Assembly (NCBI GenBank): GCA_964517435.1 | Contig: CAZFEC010000001.1 | Coordinates: 7,518 to 71,517 of the forward strand | Direction of reading: 5' to 3' | Length of the DNA: 64,000 bases | From: an uncultured Bacteroidia bacterium | Lineage (GTDB): Bacteria > CAIWAD01 > BS150m-G50 | In this document: positions 37,568-47,463 of the stretch, piece after piece | How the letters are laid out: the number at the start of each line of letters is the position of its first letter | How positions within the stretch are numbered: position 1 is the stretch's first letter | Notes under the pieces: model-generated | The model's input: the letters and a program-made list of their open reading frames with translations, nothing else | What the model was told of the DNA's origin: nothing | Database searches by the model: none | Made by a program: the position numbers and the translations under genes

Positions 37568-39388
37568 ATGGACATTCCACTCAAACAACAACTGCGTGAA
37601 GCTCTGGCGCAGGTCATACAGAATACACTGGCGGTGGAGATCAGTGTCTCCGCTATCAAGTTCGACCGCCCGCCCGAGACGGTCGAGGGCGATCTGGCTT
37701 TTGCCTGCTTCCCTCTGGCCAAACTGGCCCGCAAGGCTCCCCAGCAGATTGCGGCGGAGCTGGCACCACAATGTGGTACATTACCAGGTATCGCCGCCGC
37801 CGCCGCTGCCGGCGGCTATCTCAACCTCACTCTGCAGACAAGTCACTGGTTCGCCGCCGCGGTGCGGCACCTGTTGACCGAGGAGCAACCGGAGCGCGCT
37901 ACGACGGCGCCGCAGAGAATCGTCATCGAATACTCCTCGCCCAACACCAACAAGCCGCAGCACCTGGGGCATGTCCGCAACAATGTCCTGGGTGAGTCCC
38001 TCGCGGCGCTGCTGGCAGCCTGCGGCCACGAGGTCAAGCGGGTGAATCTGATCAACGATCGCGGAATTCACATCTGCCGTTCGATGCTGGCCTGGCAGAA
38101 GCTGGGCGACGGTGAAACCCCCGCCGGCAGCGATGAGAAGGGCGATCACCTGGTCGGACGTTATTACGTCGCTTTCAGCCGTGAGCTCGAACGCGAGCGG
38201 CAAGCCTACCTGGAGGCAAAGAACCTGGTACCGGCTGAGCTGAGCGAGGAGGAAACGGCCACGGTGGAAAAGGAATTCCTCGCCCAGTCCACCTGGCAAC
38301 AGGCAGCCGTGCAGATGCTGCAGCGCTGGGAGCAGGGCGACAGCGACGTCCGCGAACTGTGGCAGACCATGAACGACTGGGTCTATGCCGGTTTCGAGGA
38401 GACCTATGCCCGCTACGGAATCGAGTTCGATCGCCTCTACTATGAGAGCGATACTTACCTGCTGGGGCGCAGCGTGATCGAGCAGGCGCTGGCGGATGGC
38501 CTGGTGGAGCGGCGGCAGGATGGTTCCGTCTGGATCTCCCTGCCGGAGGCGGAGCTGGAGGACAAGCTGCTGCTGCGCAGTAACGGCACTTCCGTTTACA
38601 TTACCCAGGATGTGGGCACCGCCCTGCAGCGTTACGACGATTACAGTTTCGACCGCCAGCTCTACATCGTCGGCAACGAACAGCGTTACCATTTCCGCGT
38701 ACTCTTCGCCATTCTCAAGCAGCTGGGACACACCTGGGCGGACAACCTGGAACATGTCGCCTATGGTATGGTCAACCTGCCGCAGGGCAAACTGAAGAGC
38801 AGGGAGGGCACCGCCGTCGATGCCGACGACCTTCTGAACACGGTCAAAGCGGCTGCCCGGCGGGTTATGACCGAGTCTGAACGCCGCCAGGATTTCAGCG
38901 AACAGGAAATGGACGAGGTGTCGGAACAGCTGGCACTGGGCGCCATCAAGTATTACCTGCTGCGGGTGTCCGCCGTCCAGGATCTCCTCTACGATCCGGA
39001 GCAGTCGGTGGATCTGAACGGCACCACCGGACCGTATCTGCAGTACGCGCACGCCCGCATGGCTTCGCTCCTGCGCAAATCCGCCTATACCTGCAGTGAG
39101 ACGCTGGAGTTTACTCTCGAAAGTGACGTGGAACGGGAGCTGCTGCTGAAGCTGCTGGAATACAGCGACAGCGTCAGGCAGGCGGCGGAATCACGCAATC
39201 CCTCCCGTCTGGCGCAATACCTTTACGAACTTTCCCGCGGCTTCAATCGCTTCTGGCACGATCATCCCATCCTGCAGGCTGAAAGCGCAACGGTACGCGA
39301 TCAGCGTCTGGCCTTGACGGCTGCATGCCGGCGCGTCCTGCAGCGGGGACTGGGTCTGCTCGGTATTCCCACCCCGGAGCGCATCTGA
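37568..39388 (+). CDS. argS: Arginine--tRNA ligase
   Basis: Class-I HIGH-type motif (SPNTNKPQHLGHVRNNVLGES), Arg-tRNA-synthetase N-terminal additional domain and C-terminal DALR anticodon-binding domain; 606 aa. Confidence 0.9.
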   Translation: MDIPLKQQLREALAQVIQNTLAVEISVSAIKFDRPPETVEGDLAFACFPLAKLARKAPQQIAAELAPQCGTLPGIAAAAAAGGYLNLTLQTSHWFAAAVRHLLTEEQPERATTAPQRIVIEYSSPNTNKPQHLGHVRNNVLGESLAALLAACGHEVKRVNLINDRGIHICRSMLAWQKLGDGETPAGSDEKGDHLVGRYYVAFSRELERERQAYLEAKNLVPAELSEEETATVEKEFLAQSTWQQAAVQMLQRWEQGDSDVRELWQTMNDWVYAGFEETYARYGIEFDRLYYESDTYLLGRSVIEQALADGLVERRQDGSVWISLPEAELEDKLLLRSNGTSVYITQDVGTALQRYDDYSFDRQLYIVGNEQRYHFRVLFAILKQLGHTWADNLEHVAYGMVNLPQGKLKSREGTAVDADDLLNTVKAAARRVMTESERRQDFSEQEMDEVSEQLALGAIKYYLLRVSAVQDLLYDPEQSVDLNGTTGPYLQYAHARMASLLRKSAYTCSETLEFTLESDVERELLLKLLEYSDSVRQAAESRNPSRLAQYLYELSRGFNRFWHDHPILQAESATVRDQRLALTAACRRVLQRGLGLLGIPTPERI

Positions 39389-39399
39389 ACGGAGTAGTC

Positions 39400-40269
39400 A
39401 TGCTGACCATCCGCCTGCTCCTGCTGTTGTTCCTCGCCTGCCGGGCACAAGCCGCGGCACCGGTTGTAGTGGTTGTCAGCGTGCCGCCGCAAGCCTGGCT
39501 GGTTGAGCAGCTCGCCGGCGACCTGGTGCGGGTTGCGACCATGGTCCCGTCGGGGAACTCTCCCGCCACCTGGGATCTGATTCCGAGTCAGCGCCGCGAT
39601 CTGGACCGGGCCACCCTCTACTTCCGGATCGGCCATCCCGCTTTTCTGCTGGAATCCCGCCAGATCGATCCCCATCTGGCAGTACATCCGGAAATACGCG
39701 TCGTCGATCTTTTCCAACCGGCGGTCGCCGCCGCTCACCGCAGCGACCCGGGGGCGGAACTCGATCCACATGTCTGGATGAGCCCGGCGCTCATGCGCGC
39801 TTCACTGGTTCCGTTGACCGCCGGTCTGGCCGCGCTGCTGCCAGAGCAGGTAGAGCTGCTGCAGAGTAATCAGCGCCGTCTGGAACAGGCGGTGGACTCG
39901 CTCGATCTGGAACTGCGCACAAAGCTCGCCCCGCTGGAACAGCGCACATTCATGGTGCAGCATCCCGCCTGGGGCTGGTTCGCGAGCGAATACGGTCTGC
40001 GGCAGATCGCGCTGGAACACGAGGGCAAGGATCATTCGCCGGCACACCTGGTCGAGCTGATCGAGCTGGCCCGGGAAATCCGGCCGCGGGCGGTGTTCGT
40101 TCAACGCGGGTTTTCACAGCGCGCGGCGCTGACTCTGGCGCAGGAGACAGGCGCCGCCGTCATCGAACTCGATCCGCTGGCGGCGGACTGGCTGACGAAC
40201 ATGTATCACCTCGCCGAGCGGCTGCGGACCGCCCTGATGCCTTTACCTGTCGAGCAGGGGAGACCTTGA
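39400..40269 (+). CDS. Metal (Zn/Mn) ABC transporter substrate-binding protein, ZnuA/TroA family
   Basis: Signal peptide MLTIRLLLLLFLACRAQAAAP. Cluster-9 SBP pattern (VVVSVPPQAWLVEQLAGDLVRVATMVPSGNSPATWD; DPHVWMSP). Confidence 0.8.
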   Translation: MLTIRLLLLLFLACRAQAAAPVVVVVSVPPQAWLVEQLAGDLVRVATMVPSGNSPATWDLIPSQRRDLDRATLYFRIGHPAFLLESRQIDPHLAVHPEIRVVDLFQPAVAAAHRSDPGAELDPHVWMSPALMRASLVPLTAGLAALLPEQVELLQSNQRRLEQAVDSLDLELRTKLAPLEQRTFMVQHPAWGWFASEYGLRQIALEHEGKDHSPAHLVELIELAREIRPRAVFVQRGFSQRAALTLAQETGAAVIELDPLAADWLTNMYHLAERLRTALMPLPVEQGRP

Positions 40270-40270
40270 C

Positions 40271-41047
40271 ATGACTGATGCCGCACCGGTGCTGGAAGTT
40301 CGCGATGTCTCCTTCGCCTACGGCGACACACCGGTGTTGAGCGAGGTCAACCTCACTATCCGCCAGCGGGATCACCTGGTGATCCTGGGACCGAACGGCG
40401 GCGGCAAAACGACGCTGGCCCGTCTGATCCTTGGCCTGCTCACACCGGATCGCGGCACGATCGTGTACCTGCAGCCGGAGTTGCGTCACCGCATCGGTTA
40501 TGTTCCCCAGCACAGCGCATTCGAACAGTGGTTTCCACTGCGGGTGCGGGAAGTGGTGCGGATGGGACGGTTGGCGCAACGGGGCATCCTGCGGCCGTTC
40601 CGTCGGGAGGACAACAGACTGACGGATCGCATGCTGGAATCGCTCCAGATCACCGACCTGGCCGCGCTGCCGGTAGGCTCGCTCTCCGGCGGGCAACTGC
40701 AACGGGTCCTGATCGCGCGCGCCCTGATCGCGGAACCGGCGCTGCTGATTCTGGACGAACCCACCGCCTCCATCGACGCGGAATCGCGGACGCAACTGCG
40801 GGAGCTGCTGTCGGAACTCAACCGCCGCATTCCGATCGTCATGATCACGCACGACATGACGGCAGTCGCCGCCGACGTGCGCAGCATCGCCTGCGTCAAC
40901 CGCCGGCTCTATTACCACCGGGCGGGCGAACTCAGCAGTGAGACGATCAGCCGCGTCTACGGCTGTCCCGTCGATCTGCTCGCTCACGGTGTGCCGCACC
41001 GGGTGCTGGGAGACCACGAGCATCCGGGGGAGGATCGGGATGAGTGA
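40271..41047 (+). CDS. Metal ABC transporter ATP-binding protein (ZnuC-like)
   Basis: Walker A GPNGGGKTT, signature LSGGQLQRVLIARAL, Walker B LLILDEP. Confidence 0.85.
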   Translation: MTDAAPVLEVRDVSFAYGDTPVLSEVNLTIRQRDHLVILGPNGGGKTTLARLILGLLTPDRGTIVYLQPELRHRIGYVPQHSAFEQWFPLRVREVVRMGRLAQRGILRPFRREDNRLTDRMLESLQITDLAALPVGSLSGGQLQRVLIARALIAEPALLILDEPTASIDAESRTQLRELLSELNRRIPIVMITHDMTAVAADVRSIACVNRRLYYHRAGELSSETISRVYGCPVDLLAHGVPHRVLGDHEHPGEDRDE

Positions 41048-41870
41048 ACTGTTCGGATTCGAGTTCATGCGCAACGCGCTGCTCAGCGGTTTACTCGCCA
41101 GCGTGCTCTGCGGACTCCTCGGAACCTTTCTGGTGGTAAGACGCCTGGTCTTCATCAGCGGCGGGATCAGCCACTCCGCTTTCGGCGGGCTGGGCCTGTT
41201 CTACTTCCTGGGATACAATCCGCTGCTGGGCGGAGTGATCGCAGCTGTAGCGTCGGCACTGCTGCTGGCCGGCATCCCCGCTTCCCGGCGCTACTCCACC
41301 GACGCCTTCATTGGCGTACTCTGGGCGGGGGGCATGGCGCTCGGCATCCTCTGCGTGGCGCTCACACCGGGTTACGCACCCAACCTGCTGGGTTATCTCT
41401 TCGGCAGCATTCTCACGGTCACCACCGGCGATCTCGGACTGACCGCTGTAATAACCGGTGCCGTTCTACTCTTCCTGCTGCTCTTCTACAAGGAGCTGCT
41501 CGCCCTGGCGCTGGACGAAGAGTTTGCCCGGGTGCAGGGAGTGCCCGCCGGCAGTCTCCAGGCTCTACTGCTGGTTCTGACCGCCCTGGCGGTGGTGACC
41601 CTGATCCAGGTCGTCGGGGTCATCCTGGTCATCGCGCTGTTCACGATACCGCCCTTGATCGCGTTACGTCTGAGTCACCGTTTCAGCCTCATCCTCATCT
41701 ACTCCATCCTGACCGGTATGGTAATGACCAGCGGGGGATTGCTCCTCTCCTACTATCTGGATCTACCATCCGGGCCGGCGATCATACTCCTGGGCACTCT
41801 CCTGCTGTTGGTCGTCATCGGAGGCGACAGGCTGCGTATAATCCGTGCCCGGAGCGGCAATCTTGATTGA
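41040..41870 (+). CDS. Metal ABC transporter permease (ZnuB-like)
   Basis: ABC-3 family permease with 8-9 TM helices. Start-coupled to the ATPase gene (ATG at 41040 overlaps its stop). Confidence 0.8.
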   Translation: MSELFGFEFMRNALLSGLLASVLCGLLGTFLVVRRLVFISGGISHSAFGGLGLFYFLGYNPLLGGVIAAVASALLLAGIPASRRYSTDAFIGVLWAGGMALGILCVALTPGYAPNLLGYLFGSILTVTTGDLGLTAVITGAVLLFLLLFYKELLALALDEEFARVQGVPAGSLQALLLVLTALAVVTLIQVVGVILVIALFTIPPLIALRLSHRFSLILIYSILTGMVMTSGGLLLSYYLDLPSGPAIILLGTLLLLVVIGGDRLRIIRARSGNLD

Positions 41871-42474
41871 GTACCTGCCCCCGGTCAGTTCCGACGGCAA
41901 GCGGGTGTTGCTGCTGGACAACTACGATTCCTTCACCTTCAATATCGTGCAGGCGCTGCTGCGGCTTGGAGCCGCGGTGGTGGTGTATCGCCACGATGCG
42001 GTGCCATTGGAACTCACCGGCCGCGGCTTTACCCATCTGGTGATTTCACCCGGGCCCTGCCGGCCGGAGGATACCGGTCTCGCCGGTGAGCTGGTGCGGC
42101 GCTGGGCGGGCAGGCTGCCGCTGCTGGGCGTCTGTCTCGGACATCAGCTCCTGGCGACGCTCTGGAATGGCCGGGTAGGGCGGGTGACACCGGTACACGG
42201 CAAATGCGACACGGTCCGCCATTTCGGTCGGGGCTGGCATCGCGAACTGCCGGAGCGTTTCCCCGCGGCGCGTTATCACTCGCTGGCGGTGCTTGAAACG
42301 GGAGCGGAATTCGAGATCACCGCCCTCAATGACGAAGGTTTAATCATGGGAATGCGCCACCGCCGTCTCGCTGCGCTGGAGGGCGTGCAATACCACCCGG
42401 AATCTTTCCTGACACCGAGCGGTGAACAGTTCTTCCGCAATTTTCTCGACGCGAAGATCGAGGCGGAACGATGA
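41845..42474 (+). CDS. pabA: Glutamine amidotransferase component of aminodeoxychorismate/anthranilate synthase (PabA/TrpG)
   Basis: Class-I GATase (LLLDNYDSFTFNIVQ; catalytic Cys in GVCLGHQLL; H/E in the YHPES region). Start uncertain; an in-frame GTG at ~41905 is an alternative. Confidence 0.8.
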   Translation: MPGAAILIEYLPPVSSDGKRVLLLDNYDSFTFNIVQALLRLGAAVVVYRHDAVPLELTGRGFTHLVISPGPCRPEDTGLAGELVRRWAGRLPLLGVCLGHQLLATLWNGRVGRVTPVHGKCDTVRHFGRGWHRELPERFPAARYHSLAVLETGAEFEITALNDEGLIMGMRHRRLAALEGVQYHPESFLTPSGEQFFRNFLDAKIEAER

Positions 42475-43874
42475 AGACAACACCGTCACCTCCACAGATT
42501 TTCGCCGCCGAGCGGCATCCGCTGGGCCAACTGTCGACCGGGCAACTGGTCGGCTTGATCGACAAACTCGCGGAGCGGCAGGCAGTTGGAACCGCCGCTC
42601 TGATCGGTGGCGGCTGGCGGCGGGAGCTGGTGGCCCTGACGCCGCAACTGCGGCTGCAGGTTTCCGGAGTAGTTGCCCGGCTGGAGACACCGGGCGGGAG
42701 TCACAAGCTCGAGGATCTCGCAGCCGCCCTTGAGTTCCTGCATACGACCTCCCCGGAGGCGGACACGACCTGCGGCCTCTGGATCGGCGCCATAGCCTAC
42801 GAAGCGCTGCATGAACTGGAGCGGATCGCTCGTTGCCCGCTCGATCCGTTTCACGCGCCCGATCTTGATTTTCACTTCGCCGACACCCTGTTGACCCGCG
42901 ACCCGTCCACCGGCGAGGCGGAGTTGCTGCTGCTGGAAACAAACTACAGCTCCACACCGGTGGCGGAGCGGCGCCGGGAATGGCTGCCTTTCTGCCGGGA
43001 AGCGGCTGCCGCCGCGCCTTCACCACCTTTCAGCGGTGAGCTTTTCACTCAACCCCGACCGCTGCTGCCGTTCGCGCAATACCTGGAGCGGGTAGAGCGC
43101 ATCCAGGAATACATCCGCGCCGGCGATGTCTACCAGGTCAACTTCACCTATCCGGTGGCGGCCGAGTTGGCGGCGGGCGCCACCGGAGGCGATATCCTGT
43201 CTCGCCTGCTGCCCGCCGGCAACGCCGGTTGGGGGGCGCTGCTGCGCGACGGCGAACGCGAGGTGGTTTCGCTCTCACCGGAGTCATTCCTGGAGTGCAC
43301 GGAGCGCAGCCTGGTCAGCCGCCCGATCAAGGGCACCGCGCCCCGGGACAGCGATGCAGTCGCGGAGCGGGCGCAGCGCCGGCACCTGCTCGCCAGCGTC
43401 AAGGACCACGCGGAACTCAGCATGATCGTCGACCTGGTGCGGAACGATCTGGGCCGGATCTGCCGGGCGGGAACCGTGGAGGTCGCGGCGCACGCCCAAC
43501 TGCTGGAGCTGCCCGCGCTCTACCATCTGTTCAGCGAGATCAGGGGCATTCTGGACGCACCCGCTGCCGCCGTTCTGCCTGCGCTCTTTCCAGGCGGTTC
43601 GATCACCGGCGCGCCGAAAATCCGCGCCATGCAGATCATCAGCGAGCTGGAAGCGTGCCGCCGCGGTGTTTACACGGGTGCGATCGGCTGGATCGGGCTG
43701 AACGGTACTCTGCAGTTCAACATCGCGATCCGGACCCTGCAGCGCTTTGGAGAACAGTGGCACCTCTCCACCGGCGGCGGCATCGTACACGACTCTTCTC
43801 CGCAGGCCGAGCTGCAGGAGTCGCTGCAGAAACTCTATTCTTTCTCGGGAATCAGACTGGCGGAGTCGTCGTGA
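42471..43874 (+). CDS. pabB: Aminodeoxychorismate synthase component I (chorismate-binding enzyme family, PabB-like)
   Basis: Chorismate-binding domain motifs (FPGGSITGAPKIRAMQIISELE; RGVYTGAIGW). Start-coupled to pabA. Confidence 0.8.
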   Translation: MKTTPSPPQIFAAERHPLGQLSTGQLVGLIDKLAERQAVGTAALIGGGWRRELVALTPQLRLQVSGVVARLETPGGSHKLEDLAAALEFLHTTSPEADTTCGLWIGAIAYEALHELERIARCPLDPFHAPDLDFHFADTLLTRDPSTGEAELLLLETNYSSTPVAERRREWLPFCREAAAAAPSPPFSGELFTQPRPLLPFAQYLERVERIQEYIRAGDVYQVNFTYPVAAELAAGATGGDILSRLLPAGNAGWGALLRDGEREVVSLSPESFLECTERSLVSRPIKGTAPRDSDAVAERAQRRHLLASVKDHAELSMIVDLVRNDLGRICRAGTVEVAAHAQLLELPALYHLFSEIRGILDAPAAAVLPALFPGGSITGAPKIRAMQIISELEACRRGVYTGAIGWIGLNGTLQFNIAIRTLQRFGEQWHLSTGGGIVHDSSPQAELQESLQKLYSFSGIRLAESS

Positions 43875-44629
43875 TGACGCAGAAGGGCATGGTTGCATCG
43901 ACACCAATACCGTTAACCTGGCAGCGGGGAGGCGAAGTGGGCAGCGGCAACGAACTGCCGGGCGAACTGGCGCAGCTCCGGGAAGGGCTCCTGGAAACGA
44001 TCGCCATCCGTCAGGGGCGGCCGCTCTGGTTGCACCGGCATTGCCTGCGATTGCGGGAAGCACTGCACACCTGCTATGGCAGGGCTTTAACGCCGTTCCG
44101 GATTCACCAGCGGCTGCGGGCCGCCTGGCGCGGCCGGGACGGCAGGCTGCGTTGCCTTGCAGATCCTCGGGGTGAAATCACCCTTATCTTCCAGCCGGAG
44201 CAACCGCTGCTGACGCCGTTGCAGGTCTGTCTGCTGGAGGTGAAACAACCGCTTGGCGCTTTTAAAACCCTCGACCGGCGCCGTCACGATTCGCTGCGGC
44301 AACGCGCCAGCGCGGCGGAAGGCGAGGAGGCTTTGCTGTTCCAGGAGGGAGAGCTGCTGGAGGGCACTTACACGAATGTCTTTCTCCACGACCGGCACGG
44401 CTGGCACACGCCGCCCGCCGACGGTCGCATCCTGCCCGGCATCGCCCGGGAGGTGATCCTGCTCCACCTGCGCCGCTCCGGCATCGCCGTTGCAGAACGC
44501 CCGTTCCCCGTCGCGGCTCTGAGCGACTGCGACCGCATTGTTCTCTGCAACGCCCTGCGTGGTATCATACCGGTGCGACGGGTGATACTTCCGGACGGAA
44601 CCGTACTATTCGGCGCGCAACCGGACTAA
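43874..44629 (+). CDS. pabC: Aminodeoxychorismate lyase-like class IV (fold type IV) aminotransferase (PabC-like)
   Basis: Starts at an ATG overlapping the pabB stop (GTGATGA). Fold-type-IV pattern (EGTYTNVFL...ILPGIAREVIL). Its position after pabA-pabB supports the assignment. Confidence 0.6.
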   Translation: MTQKGMVASTPIPLTWQRGGEVGSGNELPGELAQLREGLLETIAIRQGRPLWLHRHCLRLREALHTCYGRALTPFRIHQRLRAAWRGRDGRLRCLADPRGEITLIFQPEQPLLTPLQVCLLEVKQPLGAFKTLDRRRHDSLRQRASAAEGEEALLFQEGELLEGTYTNVFLHDRHGWHTPPADGRILPGIAREVILLHLRRSGIAVAERPFPVAALSDCDRIVLCNALRGIIPVRRVILPDGTVLFGAQPD

Positions 44630-45502
44630 GAACAGATGAGGCCAGTTCTTACCGGTCAGCCAGAGTAGCTTGCGCTGTGCATCCCAGGCAATCCCGTTAA
44701 GAATCTGCTCTTTACCACGCGTCGGGATCAATTCGACCAGAGGACCGGCATCGATGATACCGGTAACCTGACCGTCCTCCGGTGAAATCCGCAGAATGAA
44801 GTCCTCGCCGTAGATATTGGCCAGGATCTGTCCTTCCACCAGTTCCAGTTCATTCAATCCCGGCAGCGGCAGATTGCCCAGCTTGACTTCCACCTGGTAG
44901 ATCAGGCTGAAATCGTTGGGGTCGCGGAAGAAGAGCCGGTGACTGCCGTCGCTCTGTACCAGCAATCCTTCATAAACAGTCAATCCCCAGCCGGCGCTGT
45001 AGTTGCACAGTTCCGGCAGGGGCTCAAGTTGGGCATCCCAGCGCAGCACGATCCCGTTCTGCCAGGTCAGCTGGTAGAAGCATCCTTCCAGCCAGGCCAG
45101 TCCCTCGCCGAAATAATCGGATGGCAACTCCCGCCGCAGGAGTATTTCACCGTTGTCCGGTGACAGCCGGCGCAGCGTCGAGAATCCGGCCAGGCCGGTA
45201 CTCTCGTAGAGATAGCCGTCCGGTGCCAGCACCAGACCCTGGGTGAAGGCATCGGTTGCATGAGGCAGGCTCTCCACCACCTCCAGCTGCAGAAGCGGGA
45301 CGCCGAATTGCTCCGCCAGGACGGCTGGCTGGACAGCCAGTACTATTGACGTCCACAGGAGTGGAAAGCACACCAGCAGTCCGTACCAGCGTAACAAGCT
45401 TCCGATTCTTCTAAGACTGGATTGCATGCTCGAAAGCACTCCTTTACTGCGGTCTATAGCCCTGTCGCGAAAGTTCCATTCCGGAAGCCGCGTACCTATC
45501 AT
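44606..45502 (-). CDS. Glutaminyl-peptide cyclotransferase (plant/bacterial beta-propeller type)
   Basis: N-terminal TM/signal segment; PF05096-like pattern (LPHATDAFTQGLVLAPDGYLYESTGLAGFSTLRRL; FGEGLAWLEGCFYQLTWQNGIVLRWD). Confidence 0.75.
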   Translation of the reverse strand: MIGTRLPEWNFRDRAIDRSKGVLSSMQSSLRRIGSLLRWYGLLVCFPLLWTSIVLAVQPAVLAEQFGVPLLQLEVVESLPHATDAFTQGLVLAPDGYLYESTGLAGFSTLRRLSPDNGEILLRRELPSDYFGEGLAWLEGCFYQLTWQNGIVLRWDAQLEPLPELCNYSAGWGLTVYEGLLVQSDGSHRLFFRDPNDFSLIYQVEVKLGNLPLPGLNELELVEGQILANIYGEDFILRISPEDGQVTGIIDAGPLVELIPTRGKEQILNGIAWDAQRKLLWLTGKNWPHLFLVRLRAE

Positions 45503-46366
45503 GACTGTCTACCAATGAGTCGCGCCGCGATTTACGAATCAAGTGATTCAACCGCGGATCTGCACTGGTGCAGGTCACGTGGAAATGCATCCCGTCAGAT
45601 GTGAAGCTTCAATCGCAGCGTCAGCCAACACGTCAGCCGAAGCGCAAGCCGAAGCGTCAGCCGTTCTGGACAGCTTTCGTCCGGAACTGGACACGATTGT
45701 CGTTTGCTGGGAGCGGGCTGGAGAATATCGATCACCGCAGGCCGCTCTGACAACCGCTCCCGCCGGTGTCAACCAGCGGTGACATCTCAGGCGATCGGCG
45801 GGTTCCCTGCCGTTGTTGATTCTTGATATACAAAGAGTTAACCGACAATTCCGATTGGCATGTTCTTTGTGTACGCACCAATACAGTTGGGTGCCCCCCC
45901 TGTCGCCCCTCCGGTCCTCACTCTCAGGCCCGCATACAACCTCATTGAACTTCATGCGCACCCGCGTTGCAACCACCTTCCACCGGAGGAGGTGGTTGCT
46001 GATCTTCATACGGGCGTATCCGGACAGGCAAGGTCGTGAAGCGGCTTCAGCAGGTGCTTGGGCGAGTTTCCGCTGTAATCCGCCGGCCGGATTTTACTTG
46101 GAAAAGTTATCGTGCAGTTCTAGTTTTTAAGTAGCAAATCCGCGCTTGTGGACCGGTATTATCTCGCATCTCTGAACCAGGAGTGTTCGCAATCGACTGC
46201 TTGCGCCCCCTCCGGGAAAGTGTTACCGGCTCCTGTTCAACAGCCAGTCCCAGGCGTGGTTCCGCGCTCGTCCTTAAGAGGCGACGCTCCCATTTCCAGA
46301 TATTTGCCATAAATCGCATCAAACTCCACGATCCCGTCGTTGCGATCTGGAGCTAAAGGAGTCAGT

Positions 46367-47428
46367 ATGAATATACCGATCACGAAAGCCACCGCCAGCC
46401 GACTACCGACCACCGATCTTTCCGATCCCGGTTTCGGATTGATCTTCACGGATCACATGGTGCAAGCCTTCCATGAGAACGGTAGTTGGGGCGAACCGGA
46501 GATCATACCCTACGGTCCCATGCGGCTCGATCCCGGCACCTGCATGTTGCATTACGGACAAGCGGTTTTCGAAGGACTGAAGGCTTTTCCCACCGACAAC
46601 GGTCATATCAACATCTTCCGCCCCGACAAGCATTACGAACGTTTCAATCGTTCCTGTCAACGCCTCTGTATTCCCGAAATCCCGGAGCACTACTTCACGG
46701 ACGCGCTGCCGGAGCTGCTGCAACTTGACCGGAACTGGCTCCCCCAGCAGGACGGTCAGGCGATGTATATTCGCCCCTTTGTCTTCGGTGATGAGAGTTT
46801 TCTCGGCGTCAAGCCGGCCAAGCGCTACCGCTTCCTGATCATCCTCTCGCCCGTCGGCGCCTACTATGCCGAAGGTATCAAGCCGGTCAAGCTGATGGCC
46901 TCACCCCGGTTCGTACGCGCCGTCCAGGGCGGAGTCGGCGAGGCGAAGACACCCGCCAACTATGCCGCCAGCCTGCTGCCGGCCAGCGAGGCGATGGCGT
47001 CAGGCTTCACTCAGGTGCTCTGGCTTGATGCGCACCAACATGAGTACGTCGAAGAGGTGGGAACGATGAATATCTTCTTCCTGATCGGCGATACTCTGAT
47101 CACTTCCCCCCTGGCGGGAACCATCCTGGGTGGTGTGACCCGGATGTCGGTCATCGCTTTAGCGAAAGAGTGGGGCCTCAATATCGAAGAACGCCCCCTC
47201 AGCATCAAGGAGGTGTTCGAGGCCAGTCGCAGCGGTGAGTTGAAGGAAGTCTTCGGCACCGGCACCGCCGCCGTCATCTCCCCGGTCGGGTTGATTCACC
47301 ACGAGGGTGAGGAGATCCAGATCACGGATGAAATCGGGCCCCTGGCCCAGCGTTTCTATGACTATATCACCGGCGTACAGTACGGCCGCGCGGCGGACGA
47401 CCATGGCTGGGTGACCTATCTCGATTAA
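46367..47428 (+). CDS. ilvE: Branched-chain amino acid aminotransferase
   Basis: Fold-type-IV aminotransferase; the ~355-aa IlvE-type N-terminus (GFGLIFTDHMV) and a conserved Lys region. RBS AAAGGAG precedes the ATG at 46367. Confidence 0.85.
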   Translation: MNIPITKATASRLPTTDLSDPGFGLIFTDHMVQAFHENGSWGEPEIIPYGPMRLDPGTCMLHYGQAVFEGLKAFPTDNGHINIFRPDKHYERFNRSCQRLCIPEIPEHYFTDALPELLQLDRNWLPQQDGQAMYIRPFVFGDESFLGVKPAKRYRFLIILSPVGAYYAEGIKPVKLMASPRFVRAVQGGVGEAKTPANYAASLLPASEAMASGFTQVLWLDAHQHEYVEEVGTMNIFFLIGDTLITSPLAGTILGGVTRMSVIALAKEWGLNIEERPLSIKEVFEASRSGELKEVFGTGTAAVISPVGLIHHEGEEIQITDEIGPLAQRFYDYITGVQYGRAADDHGWVTYLD

Positions 47429-47463
47429 ACAGCCAGTCCTGCTGCGGCTGGATTGAAAGGAGC

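Noticed and set aside
45503-46366. tmRNA, RNase P RNA, SRP RNA or tRNA in the long non-coding gap
   Set aside because: Manual scans for the hallmark sequences found no convincing match. The hallmarks checked were GGUUCGAnUCC T-loops, GGAAAGUCCGG (RNase P P4), GUCCGGAAGGAAGCAGC (SRP) and an ...ANDENYALAA tag frame. The same negative result applies to 55332..56427.
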